From contig CDMY01000872.1 in the NCBI GenBank assembly GCA_001179505.1, positions 1-13,820 of the forward strand: a DNA stretch of 13,820 bases, given 5' to 3'. This DNA comes from Vitrella brassicaformis CCMP3155 (taxonomy: Eukaryota > Protista > Chromerida). Position 1 is the stretch's first letter. The number at the start of each line of letters is the position of its first letter. Both the position numbers and the translations under genes were made by a program. The notes under the pieces are model-generated. The model made no database searches, was not told the origin of the DNA, and was given only the letters and a program-made list of their open reading frames with translations. Of this stretch, positions 1 to 7,351 are shown in pieces.

Positions 1-90
1 CCACCCAGTCAGTTTGATGGTGAGTATGACTTCATATATGAGTTGCATGAGATGGAGCAGTGGGTGCTTGACGCTGACTTGTCAGACTAG
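1..90 (+). CDS. Possible C-terminal end of an upstream gene (PPSQFDGEYDFIYELHEMEQWVLDADLSD*)
   Basis: Frame 1 is open from the window edge to TAG at 88-90 with protein-like composition. I recognised no homology, and it is too short to be sure. Confidence 0.25.
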   Translation, partial: PPSQFDGEYDFIYELHEMEQWVLDADLSD

Positions 91-283
91 CACCCACTGC
101 TCCATGGGAAGGGCAGATAGGCCTTGTGCATGCATTCTGCATGTGCCTGTTGCCTGTTTGGTGTGTGCTGTGGACAGAGAAGATGCCTGGTTGCGCCGGA
201 AGGTAGCGCCGGGCTTAGGGACAGGTGTCTCGTCAAACCCTTAACCAACCAACCAAGCTGGCAATCCTGACACTACCCATCTG

Positions 284-457
284 CCTTTTGGAGAGAGCGG
301 TTCGAGCGGTGCGAGCTATGCGAGCTAATTAATGTTAGTGTGTACCTTTCGATCCTGGCAGTTCCGTAAGGTGTCCCTTTCCGATCGCCTTCCGTTACGA
401 GGGGCCCCTACTTCCTCGTAGCCGTTCGTCAACCCGCGTTCGCGGGGGTTCCATCGA
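284..457 (+). repeat. Interspersed structured repeat family A, copy 1
   Basis: Aligns with 12405-12572: CCTTTTGGAG...GTGCGAGCTATGCGAGCTAATT...GTAAGGTGTCCCTTTCCGATCGCCTTCCGTTACGAG...CCCGCGTTCGCGGG...TTCCATCGA. Long identical stretches are shared and the orientation is the same. Confidence 0.92.
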
Positions 458-471
458 TGAGTGCCGGACGT

Positions 472-651
472 TATGTGTATGTGTGTGTGTATGTGTGTGC
501 ATACGCAACAGTTTTATACGCGTTCTCACAGACACACGGACAATCTCTGGGAAGGCGACACCGTGGTCGCCTTAAAAAAGAAAAAAAAAGAAAAGAGAAA
601 AGAGAAGAAAAAAGAAAAAAGAAAAAAGAAAAAAAAAGAAAAGAAAAGAAA
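472..651. repeat. Simple repeats: (TG/TA)n at ~472-500 and A-rich purine tract at 574-651
   Basis: Directly visible. They generate the spurious K/E/R-rich ORFs at 457-705 and 461-673. Confidence 0.9.
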
Positions 652-1400
652 ATACAAACACGTGCGCTTTTAAGTGCTTACAAGTCAAAACAAGCCCTCT
701 GCTGAGGTGGTGAGGCAGGCGGATAGGTCTCACTGGAAAGAGGGCCATGATCTGTGCGAGGGCAGCAGCTGTCGGGCATGCCGCTTGTCTTCGACAGCAG
801 GCACCTGGATTGGGAAGAGCATCGACCTGTGGGAGCCCACACAGGAGCAAGCGGTGGGGATGCCGCAGTCCTGTCTGTGTGCAGTGCCTGAGGATTTGGG
901 CGATGGCGATGCCGCCGCCGAGTTTGGCACTACGTACGTCAATCAATCGCTGCTCAAGATCCATTCATTCATTCGAGCGTCCTCACGAACACACATGGCA
1001 TTCATTCGGACGAAACGAGCAGCACTGCGGGACACCCTGCAGAGACCAGGGCGGCGAGCCCGGCTCACCTAGGTTTCCCTTGGCTACCCCTGGGTTTCAC
1101 ATGCCCCGTATTTTAGAAGCGCAGGGGAACTGCGCCCGGCCCAACTTCTATGCGGCGGCTGGTACCTGTTGCTCACATTGCCTTCCAACGTTTTGGACCT
1201 CCCGAAACCTTCTGGAGTGCACGTCTCCCATCCTGACGCATCCCTATGCCGATTTGCAGCGAATTCCAAACGTTAGAAAATGGACCTGCAAAAAAGCTAC
1301 GTCCGCGAATTGGGCTAGTGCCCATTTGCGTCTTTATGGAACAACACGTGCGGCAGACAAAACGTTCGATCACGCATATATGAACCACCCTTGGCGCTAC

Positions 1401-1755
1401 CACTAGTACGGTCAAATTTGTTAGTACGTGGACCCCCTTAGCGCAGCAACTAACATAAGGAAATCATACTAGTATGCATACTAGTAGCTCACCCTAACCC
1501 TTTTCGCACTAACACGACTAACACAGTAGTGTACTAGTACAAACTAGTACACTAACACTTATACTAGTACACTAACACTCATCCCACACATCAGACCCAT
1601 ACCTGACATACTAGTATACTAGTATGCTAACACTCATCCAACCCTTATCATCTATACTAACATACTAGTAGACACTAGTACCATACTAGTATCTACTAGT
1701 ACAGCTTCTTGTTGGTGATCGCTTGATATACTAACATACTAGTAGACACTAGTAC
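1401..1755. repeat. ACTAGT-rich degenerate repeat array (left)
   Basis: 14 ACTAGT palindromes in about 355 bp. There is an exact 29-bp repeat TATACTAACATACTAGTAGACACTAGTAC at 1653-1681 and 1727-1755. The array begins CACTAGT at 1401. Confidence 0.9.
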
Positions 1756-1764
1756 ATCCTTCCC

Positions 1765-2170
1765 TTTTGCGTTTTATGCTTCTTTTCTCCGCCCTTTGAC
1801 CTTTGCTTTTGCATTCTGTGATGTGTGCTTCTTTTTGTTTTCGTTCGTGATCTTTCCTCATCTTCTTTTCCCCTTTCCTTCGTTATTTTGATTTCATCCT
1901 TTCCTTCCCTTTCTTTGTCCTTTCCTTTTCCATTTTATGCTGTGTGCTCCCTTGATATTATCTTCTTTTCCCCTTTCCTTCGTTATTTTGATTTTCTTTT
2001 TGCCTTTCCTTTGTGTTTTTCCTTTGTTGAACTTCCTTTTTCCTCTTTTATTTCTTTCTCCTTTTCCTTTGCTTTTTGTTTGCTTTTTTTCTCTGCGTTG
2101 TCTCCCTTCCCACCTCGTGTGTTGACGGACCGCGAGGCGCTCAAAGCTGCTGGTTGTCTTTTTTTTCCTT
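1765..2170. repeat. Polypyrimidine (CT-rich) low-complexity tract with an internal exact 35-bp repeat (1860-1894, 1960-1994)
   Basis: Directly visible. It explains the F/L/S-rich ORFs at 1825-2298 and their K/E-rich antisense counterpart. Confidence 0.9.
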
Positions 2171-2254
2171 GTATGCCTGCCACAGCCCGTTTCTCGATAT
2201 TTTGTGCCTCTTGTCTGCTTCTTTCAGAAGAGCACAACGATTCAGCGAACAAGC

Positions 2255-2547
2255 AATCAATCGACCGCCTCCGTCCTCAAGAACAAGGCCAAGACTAAGA
2301 AGGCTCACTACAGCCGTATGTGCGAGGACTTGAGCCGTATGTGCGAGGACAAGTCCATCCACTTCACCCCCTTGTGCGTGACGTTGGATGGTGTGTGCGG
2401 CAGAGAGGCTTATTCGTTTTTCAGCCGCCTGGTTGCTGGCGACTGTCTGTTGCGTTGGCGCGTAGTGCGAGTATGTGTGTGCGTGGTGGGCGGCGCCGCT
2501 GGAAGATACGCCAGGCGGGCGCTGAGGATGGTGCTGCGCATGATTGA
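2255..2547 (+). mobile_element. 3' fragment of a CRE-clade non-LTR retrotransposon (C-terminal part of restriction-like endonuclease domain)
   Basis: 'STASVLKNKAKTKKAHYSRMCEDKSIHFTPLCVTLDGVCGREAYSFFSRL' matches the RLE tail pattern K-K-Y...C...HFTP.V.S.DG..G.EA..F..RL. After a frameshift or deletion, 'WRLSVALARSASMCVRGGRRRWK...GAEDGAAHD*' matches the CRE C-terminus (RLS.AI.RA...C.RGSR..W....DGA). It contains an in-frame 21-bp duplication (2312-2329/2333-2350). No RT domain is attached. Confidence 0.8.
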
Positions 2548-2681
2548 GGGTTGGTCGATTGACGCACTTCATTTCATCAGAGACCTACAGAGTCTTCCTG
2601 TCGTTGCGCTCTGAGTTAATGTATTTACACATTCACGAACAAATACAGACTCTCGCCAGCACTACCTTTTTGCGATTTGAC

Positions 2682-2928
2682 GTGCGGGATGGGTGTTGTG
2701 CGGGATGGGTGTTAGTATACTAGTAGCTTAGTACACATCTGATGTGCGAGATGGGTGTCAGTATACTACTAGCTTAGTACACATGTGATGTGCGGGATGC
2801 GGGCCAGTATACTAGTAGCTTAGTATTGGTGGAATACATGGGGTGGGTGGTAAGCTTATAAGGTGTATTGGGGTATAGTGTATACCACCCCCCCAAAATT
2901 ACTTGCCACTAGTGTGCACTAGTGGCAA
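2682..2928. repeat. 46-bp tandem array (x3) plus ACTAGT hairpin (right), inverted relative to the left array
   Basis: Units start at 2698, 2744 and 2790 (GTGCGGGATGGGTGTTAGTATACTAGTAGCTTAGTACACATCTGAT), with a 16-bp partial prefix at 2682. The reverse complement of the unit matches left-array segments such as ACTAACACTCATCCCACACATCAGA (~1571-1595) and TACTAGTATGCTAACACTCATCC (~1617-1639) with 2 mismatches each. A perfect 12-bp stem lies at 2903-2928. Confidence 0.9.
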
Positions 2929-2970
2929 TCCCTCCTGCCTCAACTTTACCCTAAACCTCATCCATCAACT

Positions 2971-3054
2971 AATTCCGAGTAAGGGGCACCCACGCGCGGG
3001 CCGCGAATTGGGCGGGGGGAAAGCAGCGTGCGAAGTAGTGGTTCAATTATGCGT
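2971..3054 (+). repeat. Interspersed structured repeat family C, copy 1
   Basis: AATTCCGAGTAAGGGGCACCCAC...GGGCCGCGAATTGGGCGGGGG...CGTGCGAAGTAGTGGTTCAATTATGCGT; matches 5195-5290. Confidence 0.92.
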
Positions 3055-3620
3055 CACAGAGACGTGCACAGCATGAGTGTTGGCGAGAACTACGACGACG
3101 CATGCAACAATGGCGAGAGTTTCAGAAACATGCAGACAATACTGGCGAGAGCTTGAAAAACATACACATCTTGAAGACAGACGTGAAGACAGATGTGGCG
3201 ATAACATGCACGTACTCAGAGTGGCTGCACCAAGAACACAAGACACCCCCCATGTTGCCGCTCCTGTTGCGCCCGTGTTGAAGACGTGCTTCGCCAAGTA
3301 TGACAGTGCATCGCTGGATGCAATTGGATGTGAGCCTATTGTCATTTGATGACTGTCAATCGGCCTGTCAATCAAATGGGAGCCGCCAGGATCAGCCCAA
3401 CAATGACCTTCACCAGCAACACAACAAGCTAAGTAAAATCGGCCACACCCGCCCGTGTCACGTCAGATGAAGCAAGCCTCCTGAGTGGCTTGTCTTCGAA
3501 TCTCTTCACACACCTTGGTCACTCGATGGATGCTGCCGACCTCACTCTGACTGCTGGCGCAGCCGGCGTCCGCATTCAAGCCGTTCCGACGACAGGACCT
3601 TCTCTGTCCAGTAGGCGAGC

Positions 3621-4343
3621 CATTACCGATTGAACGAAGAGCAGATGCGGGCGTTCCAATCATCTGCAGCCACTTGCTTAACCACTACAAAGACCTGGGG
3701 GACAATAAATACATCGCGCCATTGCGCATGACCGGCAAGGGCGGCACCTGCAAGACCGTCGCCAAAGCTGTACTGCAATGCAGACATTGGCTGTGTCTGG
3801 CGGCACTTACGGTGTGGCTGCAGATAACATCAAAGGCTCGACAATCGATTCGCTCCTGCACCTCTTCGATGACTTCGAGAGCGACGAGAAGAGGCTGCGG
3901 CGCCAAGCGGTGAAGCAGCAGACAATCGATGGTGAGCAGCAGACAATACATGATAGTCGACGAGATCTCTTTCGTCAACCGCCAGAACCTTGACAAAGTC
4001 GATGCGGCACCGAGGGACCTGCGCAAAAGCACCCAAGAAGGACAAAAGGGATTGCGATGATTCGTTTCGTTTGGAGAGAGTATGATCCTGTGTGAATTCA
4101 ACCCTCCTCCTTACCAGACGAAGGCAACGATTCCTCTTGCCATCTGTGGCGCTGTCGAGAGTGACGTCCCTCGAAGACCTCCACGTTGCGCGGGACTTTG
4201 ATGAGAAGTGGCTGAGGCAAGAATGGCCTGACTGCCTGCGTGAAGAGCTGGCCAAGCTCAACAAGCTGCATGAACGGACACAGGAGAAACATCCCGTCCA
4301 CCACCAAACTGAACTGGCGCGTTTCGTGTGTCCAGTCAGTTGA
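3621..4343 (+). pseudogene. Pif1-family (SF1B) DNA helicase relic, Helitron-like; frameshifted and internally deleted
   Basis: Joining frames gives: YRLNEEQMRAF / IICSHLL...PLRMTGKGGTCKT (Walker A, 3734-3757, with G>C at the canonical GKT glycine) / TYGVAADNIKGSTIDSLL (Pif1 motif Ia) / YMIVDEISFV (Walker B, DE at 3959-3964) ...*FVSFGESMILCEFNPPPY (degenerate PFGG..GDFxQLPP) / VALSRVTSLEDLHVARDFDEKWL...LREELAKLNKL (motif VI and C-terminal tail). There are several frameshifts and an in-frame stop, and the TxHKxQG motif is missing. Confidence 0.88.
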
Positions 4344-4540
4344 TGCTTACTTGATGCGTGCACGGGATTAACGGAAAGCGCGTCAGCACGAGGAGTCCAT
4401 CAAGAATGCAAACTAAAAACTAGCTGGCTGTCCCTTCCATTCAATCACTGCAAGCATGCCAAATGTAACCCTCTGCCCGACCACCCACCGAGTCCGTCAT
4501 AGATCATCAACCCTTGACATATAGAGTGCACATAAGTGAT

Positions 4541-4834
4541 GCCCCTGGGGAAGTGGCCGTCAACCAGAGGTTCAAACGACGACGCACAAAGGGCGGGATA
4601 GTTGGCACGGAATAGCGCTGAGCTCGTGGGCTGGTGGGAGATGTCGTGCACGTGATGCTCGGAAGTGGTGGGTGCGGAAATGAGGCCCCTGGGGAAGTGG
4701 CCGTCAACCAGAGGTTCAAACGACGACGCACAAAGGGCAGGATAGTTGGCACGGAATAGCGCTGAGCTCGTGGGCTGGTGGGAGATGTCGTGCACGTGAT
4801 GCTCGGCAATGGTGGGTGCGGAAATGAGGCCCCT
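4541..4834. repeat. 144-bp tandem duplication (2 copies)
   Basis: Units start at 4541 and 4685, and GCCCCT recurs at 4829. I count 3 substitutions between the copies. Confidence 0.97.
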
Positions 4835-4996
4835 GATGCTTACTTCCGTTATGGATCTTGCACTTTTTAGGAAGTTCGCGCCCAGATATACCCTTGACTT
4901 TGAGGAAAGGAAGCGCGAGCTTTTTCAAGCAGCAGCGGTTTCAGGGAGCACCCTAGACGGCCTGACGGCGAAGCTTTGTTCAATAGCTGATCGCTT

Positions 4997-5402
4997 TAGG
5001 GTACATCAGTTTGACGTTCACTGATCCAAACGTGACAAAAAGACACGAAGCTTCTCGACATATTGAAGTGTCTGTAGTACTGCAAGCAACACAACACCGC
5101 TACCGTTTTTCCTTTTCTCTTCCATACGATCGTGATCGAACGTTTTGTCTGCCGGACGTGTTGTTTCTTAAAGGCGCAAATTGGGCTCTAGGCCAATTCC
5201 GAGTAAGGGGCACCCACTGCGTGGGCACCCCGGGCCGCGAATTGGGCGGGGGTCGAAAAGAACGTGCGAAGTGGTGGTTCAATTATGCGTACTAGGCTAC
5301 ATCAGTTTAACGCTTCTGATCCAAACGGATACAAAGGCACGAAGCTGTTCGACATATTGGCGTGTCTGTAGTACTGCAAGCAACACAAGACCGCTACCGT
5401 TT
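4997..5402 (+). repeat. Diverged ~110-bp direct duplication (4997-5108 and 5293-5402)
   Basis: Shared TAGG.TACATCAGTTT.ACG...CTGATCCAAACG...CACGAAGCT...CGACATATTG..GTGTCTGTAGTACTGCAAGCAACACAA.ACCGCTACCGTTT. Confidence 0.9.
5195..5290 (+). repeat. Interspersed structured repeat family C, copy 2
   Basis: Direct copy of 2971-3054, 12 bp longer in the internal hairpin (CCCAC-TGC-GTGGG). It is flanked by CTAGGC at 5188-5193 and 5292-5297. Confidence 0.92.
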
Positions 5403-6190
5403 CGTGGTTGATGCGGTAGACTGGGAAGTCGCCGCCCCTTTCGATGAGACCCTGTGCAGAAGAGCGACTCAAGCGGTGCAGAAAAAACTCCAACCTAACA
5501 CCACATGACCAGTCAAAGGCGTCGAAATGGTACATGTCACCTGGACGTCCTTTTCAACAGATACCGACGAGCCATTCGGGAAGGCGGCGGCTCATCGGCG
5601 TATCGACACTGTTGCCAAGAAGGCAGTTCAGGCTGGACAATCCACGACCTCCTTTCGAGTGGACCCTTGTGCCGCGGTTGGCGCTGTGGCCTGCTGCGAT
5701 AACGAGCAACCATCATGGTAGTTCATGGCTGTGGTGATGTATGGGTAGACATGCGCGACTCGGCCACGTAGCCATAGCCTGTTGAAACACAGCACGTACC
5801 GCCACACGAATGGCACGTTGACGCACCTGACAGTGCAAGTAAAGAGACTGAAACAGGGGTCGGGTTTCTGCCCACGGCTTACGACCGATTCTGGTCCTGA
5901 CATACTATTTTCTATGAAAATTTCTTTGAAAATAGTATGCCTAAACTTTCTTCTTTTCCTTTGTCGTCGCGTCCCTCCCTCTGTCCCTCCCTCCTTGCTT
6001 GTCTGTCTCGGTTCGTGTCTCTCTTTATGCTTCCGTTCTTGTCGCCTTTTTCCTGCCTCCCACGCTCTGTACCTCCCTCTCTTATTTTTGCTGTCGCGCA
6101 CGTCTCAAGTGGCGGGTCTCAAACAAGTCGCTTGAGGCCGCGCCAGTTTTGCGCCCTGCCTCTGGTTTTATAGAGAAAACAGAAGCCCAC

Positions 6191-6238
6191 GTGCGCGAAA
6201 AGCCCGAAAAACATGTGCGCGAAGAGCCCGAAAAACAT
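6191..6238. repeat. 24-bp tandem duplication
   Basis: GTGCGCGAAAAGCCCGAAAAACAT followed by GTGCGCGAAGAGCCCGAAAAACAT. Confidence 0.9.
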
Positions 6239-7351
6239 GAGCTGCTTTCATGCGTCTTTTCCCCGATTTGGTAGAAAATTGTCTGTCCGGATGAAGCATC
6301 ATTGTCTTCATAGCGCTCAACGAGCTAGCATCGGAAGCTCAAAATGTACCCACGAGCCCGCAAGCTTAGCTCGGCAGCGGACTTCTGTTCCTGCTGTGAC
6401 TGCGGTGACTGCAAGTCGCATACCTTTACTCATCCAGGTTACGAGCCTGTTAGAATGATAAGGAGTCTGTTTCTCGTGAGACCGTGTTTTGAGCACCGTG
6501 CTCGTCCTGACGCAATAATTCAACAACTCGGTCACGATGGATGGCATGACTGGAAACGATAATTAACAGGAATCGCACGTATTTGTCTGGATTTGTACAT
6601 ATAGAAAGGTATGGTGTGTGTTACGTAGGCGAGGGGCAGATGAAGACATGATTTGTTGCTTTGACTAAAGACCAATACCTACTACTACGGTATGTTCGTC
6701 TACTGCTTATACTTGCATAGATACCGCTACATCTATAATTGGCTGGAAGAGGATCGGTCGAGTTTCTTTATCGAGCCGAAACTTTGTGAACAACACGGCC
6801 AACATTAGTGGTGAAGATCCCGCTGAGCACTTTTTGCGCTAAATGCTGGAGACTGAGGCAATGGCACTTTGTTCAACACCGTGAATGTGTACGACCCATT
6901 ACAAACCTCACGTCTTTTGAGGGATAAATGCCCCTCTCTCTTGCGTTTAGACAGGACATAATGGCAAAGTCACGTCGCGAATGACAAGCGCTCGTAATGT
7001 CCATTTCACGATGCGATGTGACCCCCTTCTTCAGCACGGTAAATAATACCATATGCTCATCACCAGCGCTTCGATTGTGAAAAGACAGCTGTTCACAATC
7101 CTACTACGGCAGATGAGATCCCCAGAGACACTACATAAACGGCAACCATGACGCTCGCTTCGCTCGCGTACACCCGCTCCGCTCTCAAAGCACATTCAAG
7201 GCTTAATCCGTCATGATTGGCTGACATGCCTGCGGCGCTTCGGGCGCCATTTGGTGCCCTTCGCCCACATGGTCTGCGGTCCTGGGGTATTCGGATGCGG
7301 CACCGCTTCATCCGTGATCGGAGACATTGTTTCGAGGCGGGAGGGATTTCT

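Noticed and set aside
284-312. tRNA/SINE A- and B-box-like text (TGGAGAGAGCGG, GGTTCGAG)
   Set aside because: The boxes abut each other, there is no cloverleaf, and they are absent from copy 2.
400-457. HDV-like ribozyme in family A (CTAC-TTCCTC-GTAG resembles P3/L3)
   Set aside because: There is no GG for P1.1 after a plausible P1 and no J4/2-P2 match, and copy 2 (CCCCCTCG) loses the L3 consensus.
572-964. Minus-strand ORF with KLGGGIAIAQILRH, vaguely like the RT 'GGxRPIAIGExLRR' motif; plus-strand CxxxxCxxCLxxW also noted
   Set aside because: No downstream RT motifs (QG, YxDD) appear in any frame and no full RING pattern is present, so it cannot be assigned.
457-2298. K/E/R-rich and F/L/S-rich ORFs at 457-705, 461-673, 1825-2298 and 1983-2252
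   Set aside because: They are translations of purine or pyrimidine low-complexity tracts.
1401-2928. CRISPR-like reading of the ACTAGT arrays or the 13.1-13.4 kb repeats
   Set aside because: There is no regular repeat-spacer periodicity with unique spacers, no cas genes, and the context is eukaryotic with spliceosomal introns.
1491-2957. Telomere-like CCCTAACCC (~1493) and CCCTAAACC (~2949)
   Set aside because: Single units only, with no array.
4410-4425. CTAG at 4420-4423 as the Helitron 3' end after the helicase relic
   Set aside because: No convincing GC-rich hairpin 10-20 nt upstream, and it is followed by C rather than T.
6344-6842. Possible plus-strand spliced gene (MYPRARKLSSAADFCSCCDCGDC... 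joined through GT-AG pairs to ...YYYDTATSIIGWKRIGRVSLSSRNFVNNTANISGEDPAEHFLR*)
   Set aside because: It needs a 31-bp intron, shorter than all 11 permease introns, and the product has no recognisable homology. RNA-seq would be needed.
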